The notes under the pieces: generated by a model | The model's input: the letters and a program-made list of their open reading frames with translations, nothing else | Databases searched by the model: none | Told to the model about the DNA's origin: nothing | From: Candidatus Latescibacterota bacterium | Lineage (GTDB): Bacteria > Latescibacterota > UBA2968 > UBA8231 | Direction: 5' to 3' | NCBI GenBank assembly: GCA_965221775.1 | Contig: CBDCSU010000004.1 | Location: forward strand, 448,001-512,000 | Length of the DNA: 64,000 bases | In this document: in pieces, positions 43,225-52,987 of the stretch | How positions within the stretch are numbered: position 1 is the first letter of the stretch | Layout of the letters: every line of letters begins with the position of its first letter | Translations under genes and position numbers: made by a program

Positions 43225-44241
43225 ATGAGCACCGACCTGCACAGCGACGCCCTCGTCATCGACTCCCACAACGACACCGTCGTCGGCCTGATCCGGCGCG
43301 GCAACCTCGGGCTGGCCGGGGAGAGCAGCCCCGAGAGGCGCCGCCGCCTCGGCACCGTCGCCTACGTGCGCCAGCAGTTCGACCCCCCCGAAAAGCCCCT
43401 GCAGCAGACTCTGCCCCTTCTCCGCGAAGGCGGGATCGACGCCGGCTACTTCGCCGTGGACACCACCATCGCCCGCAACAACCACCTCCTGTACGCCCTC
43501 GACGCCCTAGGCTACCTGAAGCGCGAGGTGGAGACCCACTCCGGCGAGGTGATCATCGCCCGCTCGGCCGCCGACATCGAGGCCGCCCGCGCCGGCGGGC
43601 GCTTCGCCGTGGTCCTGGCGGTGGAGAACTCGGCTGCCCTGCAGCACAGCCTCTTCGCCCTCGACGCCCTCTACGAGGTGGGGGTGCGCACCATGACCCT
43701 GACCCACAGCGCGCGCACCGACGCGGCCGACGGCTGCGAGGTGGAGGGCGGCGGCGGGCTCACCGGTTTCGGCCGGGAGGTCGTTCGGCGCATGGGCGAG
43801 CTGGGCATGCTCCTCGACGTCTCCCATGTGAACGAGCGCGGCTTCTGGGACGTCCTCGAGTGCGCCACCTCGCCCGTCGTCGCCAGCCACAGCTGCTGCC
43901 GGGCCCTGTGCGACCACCCGCGCAACCTGACCGACGAGCAGCTGCGGGCCCTGGGCGAGGCCGGCGGCGTCGTGGGCATCACCTTCGTGCCCGACTTCAT
44001 CAACGCCGACGCCCCCGACATGGGACGCCTGGTCGATCACGTCCTCCACGCCGTGGACCAGGCCGGCGAGGAAGCGGTGGGCCTCGGGTCCGACTTCGAC
44101 GGTGGCGGCGACCTTCTGGCGCACGCCGGGAACTACCCGGAGATCACGGCGGAACTGCTCGAGCGCGGCGCCGGGGAGGCGGCGGTGCGCGCCATTCTGG
44201 GCCTCAACCACCTGCGGCTGCTGCGGCAGGTGGTCGGCTGA
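43225..44241 (+). CDS. Membrane dipeptidase (M19)
   Basis: IDSHND, LAVEN, GLTGFGREVV, DVSH, ASHS, RNLTDEQL, GSDFDG. Confidence 0.92.
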   Translation: MSTDLHSDALVIDSHNDTVVGLIRRGNLGLAGESSPERRRRLGTVAYVRQQFDPPEKPLQQTLPLLREGGIDAGYFAVDTTIARNNHLLYALDALGYLKREVETHSGEVIIARSAADIEAARAGGRFAVVLAVENSAALQHSLFALDALYEVGVRTMTLTHSARTDAADGCEVEGGGGLTGFGREVVRRMGELGMLLDVSHVNERGFWDVLECATSPVVASHSCCRALCDHPRNLTDEQLRALGEAGGVVGITFVPDFINADAPDMGRLVDHVLHAVDQAGEEAVGLGSDFDGGGDLLAHAGNYPEITAELLERGAGEAAVRAILGLNHLRLLRQVVG

Positions 44242-44247
44242 GCGCCC

Positions 44248-45756
44248 TCAGGCGAGGCCGTAGAGCGGCCGGTACTTGCCCTCGAGATACTCCATCAGGT
44301 AGTCGACCCGCAGGGGCTCGCCGGTGACCTCCTGCACCAGCTCGGAGGCGGTGAGGCGGCTGCCCTGGGAGTGGATGTTCTCGCGCACCCAGCCGAGGAG
44401 GCCGGAGAGCGCGCCCCGGCGGATCTGGCCGGGCAGGTCCCCGAGGTCGGCGCAGGCCCGGCGGTAGAACTGGGCGCCGTAGAGGTTGCCGAGGGTGTAG
44501 GTGGGGAAATACCCGATCAGTCCCAACGACCAGTGGATGTCCTGCAGGACGCCCTCGGCGTCGGAGCCGGGCCGGATGCCGAGGTAGGACTGCATGCGCT
44601 CGTTCCAGACCCCCGGCAGGTCCCCCACCTCCAGCTCTCCCTCCATGAGCGCCTTCTCCAGCTCGAAGCGCAGCAGGATGTGGAGGTCGTAGGTCATCTC
44701 GTCGGCCTCGACCCGGATCAGCGACCTCTCGACGCGGTTGACGGCGGCGTAGAACCGGTCCACCCCAACGCCCTCGAGCTGCGCGGGGAAGCACCGGGCG
44801 AGGTGCGGCAGGTAGTGCTCCCAGAACTCGCGGCTGCGGCCGACGGCGTTCTCCCACGTGCGCGACTGGGACTCGTGGATCCCGAGGGAGACGGACCCGC
44901 CCACGGGGAGCCCCTCGGCCTCGGCGGGCAGGCCCTGCTCGTAGAGGCCGTGGCCGGCCTCGTGGATGATGCCGAAGAGGGCGCTGGTGAGCTGGCCGGC
45001 GTTGTAGCGGGTGGTGAGGCGCACGTCCCCGGGATGGCTGCCCGAGCAGAAGGGATGGACGGAGACGTCGAGGCGGCCGGCCTCCATGTCGAAACCGAGG
45101 TCGGCCAGGACCCGGCGGCCGAAGCTCTCCTGCACGGCGACGTCGTAGTCGCGCTCGAGCAGGTCGTCCTTCTTCGCCGCCGCCTCGCTGCCCAGGATCT
45201 CCTCCACGAGGGGGACGAGCCGGCGGCGCAGCTCCCCGAGCAAGGGCTCGACCTCCTCCACCCGGGCGTGGGGCTCGAAGTGGTCGAGGAGGGCGTTGTA
45301 GACCGACCCCGTGAAGCCGACGGCATGGGCCTCCTGGCGCTTGAGGTCGACGATCTTCTCCAGCCACGGCCGGAAGCGGCCGAACTCCGACTGCTGCCGC
45401 GCCTCGACCCAGGCCTCGTGGGCCAGCGACTCGGTGCGCCTCAGCTCGACGACCAGCTCCCTGGGGATCCGCAGGGCGCGGTCCTGGTGGCGCTTCAGCT
45501 CGCGCACGTTGATCCGCGCGTCACCGCTCAGTCCCTCCCCGTCCAGCGCCGCCACCAGCTCGACGAGATCCGGAGCCGTGAGCCTTTCGTGAGCCAGGCC
45601 GGCCAGCGTCCCCAGGCTGCGCGCCCGCGGGCCGCTCCCCCGGCGGGGCATGCAGGTCTCCTGGTCCCAGTGGAGCAGGGACTCGGCGTGGGCGATGTCG
45701 GCCAGCTCCCGCGCCGCGGCGGTGAAGCGTTCGTAAGGCGCATCGGAATTGCTCAT
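44248..45756 (-). CDS. Carboxypeptidase M32 (Taq type)
   Basis: WDQET.MP, HPFC, DVRLTTRY, HEAGH, HESQSR, IRVEADE, QDIHWS, GYFPTY. Confidence 0.95.
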   Translation of the reverse strand: MSNSDAPYERFTAAARELADIAHAESLLHWDQETCMPRRGSGPRARSLGTLAGLAHERLTAPDLVELVAALDGEGLSGDARINVRELKRHQDRALRIPRELVVELRRTESLAHEAWVEARQQSEFGRFRPWLEKIVDLKRQEAHAVGFTGSVYNALLDHFEPHARVEEVEPLLGELRRRLVPLVEEILGSEAAAKKDDLLERDYDVAVQESFGRRVLADLGFDMEAGRLDVSVHPFCSGSHPGDVRLTTRYNAGQLTSALFGIIHEAGHGLYEQGLPAEAEGLPVGGSVSLGIHESQSRTWENAVGRSREFWEHYLPHLARCFPAQLEGVGVDRFYAAVNRVERSLIRVEADEMTYDLHILLRFELEKALMEGELEVGDLPGVWNERMQSYLGIRPGSDAEGVLQDIHWSLGLIGYFPTYTLGNLYGAQFYRRACADLGDLPGQIRRGALSGLLGWVRENIHSQGSRLTASELVQEVTGEPLRVDYLMEYLEGKYRPLYGLA

Positions 45757-45791
45757 CTTTCCTCCATCCCTTCTCCAAGGAGCGAACCCGC

Positions 45792-47015
45792 ATGAAGATC
45801 GTCAAAGCCGACCACTACGTCCTCCACATCCCGTTCTACGCCGACCACGTGGTGCGCGCCATGCACCGCGCCCAGACCCACGACGAGACGGTCCACGTGA
45901 ACCGCCTCGAGCTCGACGACGGCAGCGTCGGCTACGGCGACGGCGGCGGTCCCGGCGGCGACCTGGTGGGCCGCAATCCCCTCGAGGTCCTCCACGACGA
46001 CGGCATCGGCTTCGGCAACCAGCTCGCCATCCTCGACGCCGTGGGGCGCGCCACCGGCACCCCCGCACACGCCCTCCTCGGCCGCCGGCTGCGCGACCGC
46101 TGCCCCCTCTCCTGGTGGGACATCGACATGCCGCCCGCCGACTGGGTGAAGGAGGCCGAGGAGTCGCTGAAGCGCGGCTACACGACCTTCAAGATGAAGG
46201 CCCGCCCCTGGTTCGACATCCACGAGCAGGTGGCCAGCGTCGGCGCCGTGGTGCCCGCCGACTACCGCTTCGACGTCGACTTCAACGGCTTCCTGCTCAA
46301 CCCCGCCCGCGCCGAGGAGCACCTCTGCCGCCTCGACGATCACCCCAACGTCGGCATGTACGAGAGCCCCTTCTACCTCGGCACCGACCTGACGGGGGCC
46401 CGCATCCTGCGGGAGCGCGTCCGCAAGCCGGTGGTGGAGCACTTCAACGAAGCCGTCCTCCACGCCCACGCCAGCGACGGTTTCGTCATCGGCGGCGGCA
46501 TCCAGGGAGTGCTGCGGCAGGCGACCCTGGCGGAGCAGTTCAACAAGCCCTTCTGGCTGCAACTCGTGGGCACCGGCATCACCACCGCCTTCGCCCTCCA
46601 CCTCGGATCGGTCCTGTCCCACGCCCAGCTTCCCTACATCACCTGCTTCGAGTTGTACGAGGACGACCTCCTCGTCGACCCGATCCGCGTCGTCGACGGC
46701 CACGCCGCCGTGCCCGAGGGGCCGGGCCTCGGCGTGGAGATCGACGAGGGCGCCATCGAGCACTACCGCGTCGAGCCGGGGGAGCCGTCGCCGTGTCAGC
46801 TCTACCGGCAGCGGAAGCGCATCCTGCGGGTCCGCTGGCCGGGGCACGGCGCCGACCGCGTCTGGGAGTTCACCGCCGAGGCCAACTACCAGCGCGAGTT
46901 CTACGCCGGATCGATCCCGCCGTTCCAGCCCGGAGTGAGTCTGGAGGTGGAGGAGGACGACGGTTCCGCGGCCTTCGCCAGCGCCCACGAGGCGATCGCC
47001 GGCCGCGGCCTGTAG
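45792..47015 (+). CDS. Mandelate racemase/muconate lactonizing (enolase superfamily) enzyme
   Basis: ILDAVGRATG.P..ALLG, KMKARP, DVDFN, YESP, PEGPGLGVEID. Confidence 0.85.
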   Translation: MKIVKADHYVLHIPFYADHVVRAMHRAQTHDETVHVNRLELDDGSVGYGDGGGPGGDLVGRNPLEVLHDDGIGFGNQLAILDAVGRATGTPAHALLGRRLRDRCPLSWWDIDMPPADWVKEAEESLKRGYTTFKMKARPWFDIHEQVASVGAVVPADYRFDVDFNGFLLNPARAEEHLCRLDDHPNVGMYESPFYLGTDLTGARILRERVRKPVVEHFNEAVLHAHASDGFVIGGGIQGVLRQATLAEQFNKPFWLQLVGTGITTAFALHLGSVLSHAQLPYITCFELYEDDLLVDPIRVVDGHAAVPEGPGLGVEIDEGAIEHYRVEPGEPSPCQLYRQRKRILRVRWPGHGADRVWEFTAEANYQREFYAGSIPPFQPGVSLEVEEDDGSAAFASAHEAIAGRGL

Positions 47016-47044
47016 CCGCCGGGGGCCGCGGCCCGGCGGCGGCT

Positions 47045-48049
47045 TCAGGCCTCCCGCCGGGCGCGGATCTCCTCGAAACCGGTGAGGCTGTAGGCGATGC
47101 CCACGTAGTCGAGGAGGTTGGTCAGGCTGCGCAGGGCCACGCCGAAGCCGTCGACGCCGGAGAAGCCGCCGAACTGGCCGCCCCCCTTCAGGTGCGGCTC
47201 CAGGTCGAGGAAGACGCCGGGCACGCCGAGGCGCTTGAGGCGCCGCGTCAGCGCCGGCAGGCGGGTGCGGAAATCGCGCAGGATCGCCTCGTGGCCCGAG
47301 TCGCCCTCGTCGGCGGGGACGAAGTTCTTCAGCCGCTCCTCGTCGACGTGCCCCTGCCACTCGAGGTCCGGGTCGATGCGGTAGTCCTTGATGTGCATCC
47401 AGCCGATGCCGGCGCGCATCGCCTCGTACTCGGCGTAGGTCTCGTGGGGCCGCAGGTTCTGGCTCGACAGGTTGCCGCCGTCGAAGATCAGACAGAGGTT
47501 GGGGTGCGCCGCCTTGCGCTGCAGCCGCCGCAGGAGGCGGCCGTTCTGCCCTACGAGGTTGGCCTCCACCTCCAGGCCGAAGAGGACCCCGCCCCGGGCG
47601 CAGATCTCGGCGATGCGGGCCAGCCGCTCGGCGGCCTCGTCCACGTGGTCCTCCGGCGCCGTGCCCCGCGGGTGATAGAACGAGAACCCCCGCACCAGCC
47701 GCGTCTCGAACTCCCCCGCCAGGTCGGCGGCGCGCTGCACCTCGCGGCCGAGGTAGCGCTCGAAGGGGACGTAGGCGTTGGCGCTGCCGTCGTCGACGTC
47801 GAGGAGCTTCACCTTGCCGATGGGCGAGCCGATGGAGGAGACGCGGATGCCGTGCTCCTCGTGCAGCCGCCGCAGGCGGCGGACCTCGGCCTTGGTGAGG
47901 GCCATCACGTTCTTGACGCCGGACCCGGCGTCGACGAAGCGCAGGCTGTACCACGACATGCCGAGGGCCGACAGCATGGTCAGCTGCGACTCGGCTTTCT
48001 TGTCGGCGGGTCCCTCGTCGGCGAAGCCGCTGAGGATCACTTCGGGCAT
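47045..48049 (-). CDS. Sugar phosphate isomerase/epimerase family TIM-barrel protein
   Basis: LSGFADE, SSIGSPIGK, RGFSFY, FDGGN, HIKD, LEPHL. Confidence 0.82.
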   Translation of the reverse strand: MPEVILSGFADEGPADKKAESQLTMLSALGMSWYSLRFVDAGSGVKNVMALTKAEVRRLRRLHEEHGIRVSSIGSPIGKVKLLDVDDGSANAYVPFERYLGREVQRAADLAGEFETRLVRGFSFYHPRGTAPEDHVDEAAERLARIAEICARGGVLFGLEVEANLVGQNGRLLRRLQRKAAHPNLCLIFDGGNLSSQNLRPHETYAEYEAMRAGIGWMHIKDYRIDPDLEWQGHVDEERLKNFVPADEGDSGHEAILRDFRTRLPALTRRLKRLGVPGVFLDLEPHLKGGGQFGGFSGVDGFGVALRSLTNLLDYVGIAYSLTGFEEIRARREA

Positions 48050-48100
48050 GGGGCGACTCCTCGGGTGTGGGCCGGGGAGAGGTGGGGAGGCGTTCCGGCC

Positions 48101-49510
48101 TCAGGCGATGTAGCCGTCCTCCCTCTCCTCGTCGATGCGATACTCCGGGGCCAAGTCCTCGAAACTGGCGCTCTCCTTGCTCCACATCAGCTCTGCGAAG
48201 CCCGTCGGCCCGTTGCGCTGCTTGGCGACGATGATCTCCGCCTTGCCCTCCTGGGGTTCGCCATCCTGCGATTTCAGTCCGTAGATCTCGGGGCGGTAGA
48301 TGAACATCACCACGTCGGCGTCCTGCTCGAGGGAGCCCGACTCCCGGAGGTCGGAGAGCTGGGGGCGCCGGTCGGTGCGCGCCTCCGGGGCCCGGGACAG
48401 CTGCGACAGGGCCAGGACCGGCACCCCCAGCTCCTTGGCCATCGCCTTCAGCCCGCGGGAGATGCGCGACACCTCCTGCTCACGGCTCTGCAGGCTCTCG
48501 TGGCTGCCCATCAGCTGCAGGTAGTCGATGATGACGAGATCGACGCCGTGCTCCCGCATCAGGCGCCGGGCCTTGGCGCGCGCCTCGAGGACGCTGATGC
48601 CGGCCGTGTCGTCGACGTAGATCCGTGCCTGGGCGAGGGCGTTCGCCTGCTCGGTCACGCGCACCCAGTCCTCCTGCCCCAGATGCCCTGTGCGCAGCTT
48701 TTGCAGGTCGAACCTGGTCTGGATGGACAGCAGCCGCTGCGCTACCTGCTGCTTGGACATCTCGAGGGTGAAGACGGCCACGCTCTTGCCGTGCTGCGTG
48801 GCGGCGCGGCTGGCGCAGCACAGGGCCAGGGCCGACTTGCCGACGCTCGGCCGGGCCGCCAGCAGGATCAGGTCGCCGTACTGGTAACCGGAGGTGATCT
48901 CGTTGAGAGCCTTGTATCCGGTGTCGACGCCGGATACGGCACTCCTCTGGTTGTGGGCTTTGTCGAGCTGGTCCATCGTCTCGCCGAGGACCTGCTCGAT
49001 GGGCTCGAAGCCCTGGGTCAGCCCGCGCTCGGAGAGGGCGAAGATGCGCTGCTCGGCCCAGTCGATCAGCTCGTGGACGCCGCTGCGCCCCTCGAAGGCG
49101 CGGTTGGAGATCTCGGCCGAGGCCTCGATCAGGCCGCGGCTGAGTCCGCGCTCGACGACGATCCGGGCGTGGTGCTCGATGTTGGCCGCCGAGGCCACGC
49201 CGGCGGCGAGCTCGGCCAGGTAGACGACGCCCCCCGCCGGCTCCAGCTGCCCCCGGCGCTTGAGCTCCTCGCCGACGGTGAGCTGGTCGACCGCCTCGTT
49301 GCGCTCGTAGAGCTCGCTCATGGCGGCGAAGATGCGGGCGTGGGGGCCGTGGTAGAAGACCTCCTCCTCGAGCAGCTCGATGGCGCGGCCCACGGCGCGC
49401 GGTTCGATCAGCATCGCTCCGAGGACGGCCTGCTCCACCTCCACCGCCTGCGGCGGCATGCGGTCGAGACGCTGGCCCTGGCCCTCGCGGCCGTTCGGCG
49501 GCTGGGTCAT
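48101..49510 (-). CDS. dnaB: Replicative DNA helicase
   Basis: PPQAVEVEQAVLG, AARPSVGKS, FTLEMS, IIDYLQLM, LSQLSR, RPQLSDLRESGSLEQDAD, KQRNGPTG. Confidence 0.97.
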   Translation of the reverse strand: MTQPPNGREGQGQRLDRMPPQAVEVEQAVLGAMLIEPRAVGRAIELLEEEVFYHGPHARIFAAMSELYERNEAVDQLTVGEELKRRGQLEPAGGVVYLAELAAGVASAANIEHHARIVVERGLSRGLIEASAEISNRAFEGRSGVHELIDWAEQRIFALSERGLTQGFEPIEQVLGETMDQLDKAHNQRSAVSGVDTGYKALNEITSGYQYGDLILLAARPSVGKSALALCCASRAATQHGKSVAVFTLEMSKQQVAQRLLSIQTRFDLQKLRTGHLGQEDWVRVTEQANALAQARIYVDDTAGISVLEARAKARRLMREHGVDLVIIDYLQLMGSHESLQSREQEVSRISRGLKAMAKELGVPVLALSQLSRAPEARTDRRPQLSDLRESGSLEQDADVVMFIYRPEIYGLKSQDGEPQEGKAEIIVAKQRNGPTGFAELMWSKESASFEDLAPEYRIDEEREDGYIA

Positions 49511-50310
49511 GCCCGGCCCCTCGGCTCGACGCCGTCGTACTGGCGGCGCACCCACTTGACGTCCTCCCAGGTGGGCCGCTTGAACCGGTCGTTGCGCAGC
49601 AGCGCCGCCGGGTGGTAGGTGACGATGAGCGGGATGCCGGCGTACTCGTGAAGGGTGCCCCTCAGACGCGACAGGGGAGCATCGGTCCCGAGCAGGGCGT
49701 GGGCGGCGTGCCGGCCGAGGCAGCAGATCACCCTCGGCTGCACGATCTCGATCTGCCGGCGAAGGTACGGCTCGCAGGTGGCCACCTCTTCGGGGGCCGG
49801 ATCGCGGTTGCCGGGAGGCCGGCACTTCAGGACGTTGCAGATGTAGACTTCCTCCCGGGACAGCTCCATGGCCTCGATGATCCGGGTCAGGAGCCGGCCG
49901 GCGGGCCCGACGAAGGGCAGCCCCTGGCGGTCCTCCTCCTCGCCGGGGGCCTCGCCGATGAACATGATCCCGGCCTCGGGATCGCCGGAGCCGAAGACGA
50001 AGCGGGTGCGCGTGTGTCCGAGGGGACAGCGGGTGCACTCGCAGATCTCGTCGTGGAAGGAGGACAGCGCCGCGGCGGCCGGGACGGCGCCTGCGACGGC
50101 GGCCGGGCCTTGTGACGCGGCCGGGGCGGCAGGAACGGGGGCCGCCTCGACGGCGGCCTCCTCCGGGGGCGTCACGAACCAGCGCCCCTCGAAAAGGAGC
50201 AGGTCCTCCAGGCTGCGGCGGACCTCGGAGAGGACCTCGGCGGCCCCGGGCTCATCCGGTTCGGGCTCGTGCACGGCGGGAAGATCATCCGGCTCCGGGA
50301 GCCGTGTCAA
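49507..50310 (-). CDS. Uracil-DNA glycosylase family 4
   Basis: [39 protein letters not shown]. Confidence 0.93.
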   Translation of the reverse strand: MTRLPEPDDLPAVHEPEPDEPGAAEVLSEVRRSLEDLLLFEGRWFVTPPEEAAVEAAPVPAAPAASQGPAAVAGAVPAAAALSSFHDEICECTRCPLGHTRTRFVFGSGDPEAGIMFIGEAPGEEEDRQGLPFVGPAGRLLTRIIEAMELSREEVYICNVLKCRPPGNRDPAPEEVATCEPYLRRQIEIVQPRVICCLGRHAAHALLGTDAPLSRLRGTLHEYAGIPLIVTYHPAALLRNDRFKRPTWEDVKWVRRQYDGVEPRGRA

Positions 50311-51548
50311 CGAGGGTTCTCCCCGTCCTCCGGACCGCGGCCCCGTTGCCGGAGCAGGCCGCCGACGCGGTCGAGGAGGCGGTCCGCCACCTCGAGCTTG
50401 CTCAGCCGCGGCAGCCGCTCCACGGCGCCGTCACCGCCGAGGATGGTGACCACGTTGGTGTCGCCGGCGAAGCCGGCGCCCGGCACGCGCAGATCGTTGA
50501 GGACGACGAGGTCCGCGTTCTTGCGCTCGCCCTTCTCCCGGGCCCGGGCCTCTCCGTCCTCCGTCTCCATGGCGAAGGCCACCAGCACGCGGCCGCCCTT
50601 GCGGGCCCCGAGGGTGGCGGCGATGTCCGGGTTCTCCACCAGCTCGAGCCTCAGCTGGCCGCCGGCGCGCTTGAGTTTTTGGGCGGAGACGTCCCGGGGC
50701 CGGTAGTCGGAGACGGCGGCGGCCATGAAGGCCGCGTCGGCGTCCTCGAAGGCCTCCTGGCAGGCCCGCAGCATCTCGGCGGCGGAACGGACGAAGGTGG
50801 TGCGGACCCCCTCGGGCGGGGGCAGCTCCGCCGGTCCGCTGACGAGTTGCACGCCGGCGCCGCGCTGACGGGCGCGGCGGGCGAGGGCGAAGCCCATCTT
50901 GCCGCTGGAGCGGTTGCTCAGGAAACGCACCGGGTCCAGGTCCTCCACCGTGGGGCCCGCCGTGACCAGGATCCGCAGGCCCTCCAGGTCGCCCCCGGAG
51001 GCGCCGGTGAGACGGTCCACCGCCGCTTCGAGGATGCCTTCGGGCGAGGCCATGCGGCCCCGGCCGGAGGCCCCCGAGGCGAGCTCTCCGGACTCCGGCT
51101 CGATCCAGCCCACGCCGGCGGCGCGCAGGCTCGCGGCGTTCGCCTGCACCCGGGGGTGCTCGAGCATCTCCTCCTCCATGGCCGGCGCCAGCAGGACGGG
51201 GGCGGGCGTGGCCAGGCAGATCGTCGTCAGCAGGTCGTCGGCGATGCCGGCGGCCATCTTCCCCAGCAGGTTGGCCGTGGCCGGCGCCACCAGGAACAGC
51301 TCCGCCCACTTGGCCAGACCGACGTGGAGGACGGGGAACTCCTCGTCGGCGGCGAAGAGGTCGCCGTGGACGGGATGCCCCGAGAGCACCGAGAGGGTGG
51401 GGTCGGTGACGAACCGCGCCGCCGTCGCCGTGCGCACGACGCGCACCTCGGCGCCTTCCTCGCGCAGCAGGCGCAGCACGAGGGGCGCCTTGTACGCGGC
51501 GATGCCGCCGCTGACCCCGAGCAGGACCCGCCGCCCCTCCAGCCTCAT
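50307..51548 (-). CDS. coaBC: Bifunctional phosphopantothenoylcysteine decarboxylase/synthase
   Basis: [58 protein letters not shown]. Confidence 0.96.
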   Translation of the reverse strand: MRLEGRRVLLGVSGGIAAYKAPLVLRLLREEGAEVRVVRTATAARFVTDPTLSVLSGHPVHGDLFAADEEFPVLHVGLAKWAELFLVAPATANLLGKMAAGIADDLLTTICLATPAPVLLAPAMEEEMLEHPRVQANAASLRAAGVGWIEPESGELASGASGRGRMASPEGILEAAVDRLTGASGGDLEGLRILVTAGPTVEDLDPVRFLSNRSSGKMGFALARRARQRGAGVQLVSGPAELPPPEGVRTTFVRSAAEMLRACQEAFEDADAAFMAAAVSDYRPRDVSAQKLKRAGGQLRLELVENPDIAATLGARKGGRVLVAFAMETEDGEARAREKGERKNADLVVLNDLRVPGAGFAGDTNVVTILGGDGAVERLPRLSKLEVADRLLDRVGGLLRQRGRGPEDGENPR

Positions 51549-52081
51549 GGGCCTCCCTCCAGCAACGGCTCGACCTGCCGGACCAGGCCCTCGGGATCGC
51601 TCCGGTCGGAGTGCAGGATCAGGTCGTAGATCGACAGGTCGGAGAGGTCGATCCGGTGGTGGTCGGCGTAGCGCCGGCGTTCGGAGCGCTCGCGCGCGAG
51701 GATCGCCGTCGCGGCCTGTTGCGGAGACTGCCCGTCGCGGCCGGCGACGCGGCGCGCCCGGGTGGAGAGGTCGGCCTGCACCCAGAGCTTGAGGGCGTCG
51801 AGATCGTGGCGGTGCATCATCCAGCCGGTGATCCGGCCTTCGAGGAGGCAGCCCGGTGACTGCCGGGCGCGCTCGGTGAGGCGGTGGTCCAGGCGCCGGT
51901 CGATGCCGCCGTCGGCCTCGGCGCGGCTCCCCAGCTCGGCGAGGGAGATCCCCAGCTCCGCCGCCAGGTCGCGGAAGATCCGGCCCACGTTGACGTGTTC
52001 CAGGCCGGTGCGCTCGGCGAGGCGCCGGCACAAGGTGCTGGTGCCGCTCCCGGGAAGGCCGCTGACCGTGATCCGCGTCAT
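51545..52081 (-). CDS. cmk: Cytidylate kinase, archaeal (short) type
   Basis: ITVSGLPGSGTST, GRIFRDLA, IDRRLD, LEGRITGW, RERSERRRY, DLSIYDLI. Confidence 0.82.
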   Translation of the reverse strand: MTRITVSGLPGSGTSTLCRRLAERTGLEHVNVGRIFRDLAAELGISLAELGSRAEADGGIDRRLDHRLTERARQSPGCLLEGRITGWMMHRHDLDALKLWVQADLSTRARRVAGRDGQSPQQAATAILARERSERRRYADHHRIDLSDLSIYDLILHSDRSDPEGLVRQVEPLLEGGP

Positions 52082-52097
52082 GTCGACGGGCTCCGCC

Positions 52098-52979
52098 TCA
52101 AGCCAGGTTCTGCACCTGCTCGCGCAACCGCTCCACCTCCTCCTTGGCCGCCACCGCCCGGTGGATGATGCCGCCGGCCGCGGACTTGGAGGAGAGGGTG
52201 TTGATCTCGCGGTGCATCTCCTGGAGCAGGAAGTTGAGCCGCCGGCCGACCTCCCCGCCCTGGTCGATCGTCTCCAGGAAACGGTCGAGATGGCTGCGCA
52301 GGCGCACGATCTCCTCGGTGATGTCGCTGCGCTCGGCGATGAGGACGATCTCGGTGGCCAGCCGGTCCTCGTCGACCGCGCCCGGCTCGAGCAGGGCTTC
52401 GACCTTCTCCCGCAGGCGGCGGCGCACCTCCTCCCGGCCCTCGGCCGCGAGTCGGTCGATGTCGTCGGTGAGGCCGGCGATGGCGGCCAGCCGGGTACGC
52501 AGGTCGGCGGCCAGCACCTCGCCCTCGGAGCGGCGCATCTCCTCGAGCCCGGAGAGGGCCTGATCGAGGGCCTCCGCCACCAGCTCCTCGAGCCGTTCCG
52601 GAGCGGGGGTCCGGCTCCCGGAGCGAAAGACCCCCGGCATGCGCGCCACCACCTCCAGGCCCACGGGGGGCTGGCCCGTCTCGCGCGCCAGGCGATCCAG
52701 CTCGGACTGGTAGCGCTCGGCGACCTCGGCGTCGAGCTCGGGGAGGCCGGTAGAATCAGCCGTCTCCTCGCACTCGATCGTCCCCGTCACCTTGCCCCGC
52801 GTCAGGCGGCCCTGGAGGCGCTCCCGGACCCGCGGCTCGAGCTCCTGCAGGGGCCCGGGACAGCGGACCGAGAGGTCGAGGAAGCGGCCGTTGACCGAGC
52901 GCAGGACCGCCCGCACCCGGAGCCCCTCCGCCTCGGCACGGCCCGTGCCGAACCCCGTCATGCTCGTAATCCCGCCCAC
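52098..52979 (-). CDS. yicC: YicC/YloC family endoribonuclease
   Basis: SMTGFG, RSVNGRFLD, RGKV, DITEEIVRLRSH, GRRLNFLLQEMHREINT.SSK, REQVQN. Confidence 0.95.
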   Translation of the reverse strand: MGGITSMTGFGTGRAEAEGLRVRAVLRSVNGRFLDLSVRCPGPLQELEPRVRERLQGRLTRGKVTGTIECEETADSTGLPELDAEVAERYQSELDRLARETGQPPVGLEVVARMPGVFRSGSRTPAPERLEELVAEALDQALSGLEEMRRSEGEVLAADLRTRLAAIAGLTDDIDRLAAEGREEVRRRLREKVEALLEPGAVDEDRLATEIVLIAERSDITEEIVRLRSHLDRFLETIDQGGEVGRRLNFLLQEMHREINTLSSKSAAGGIIHRAVAAKEEVERLREQVQNLA

Positions 52980-52987
52980 TGGATCCC

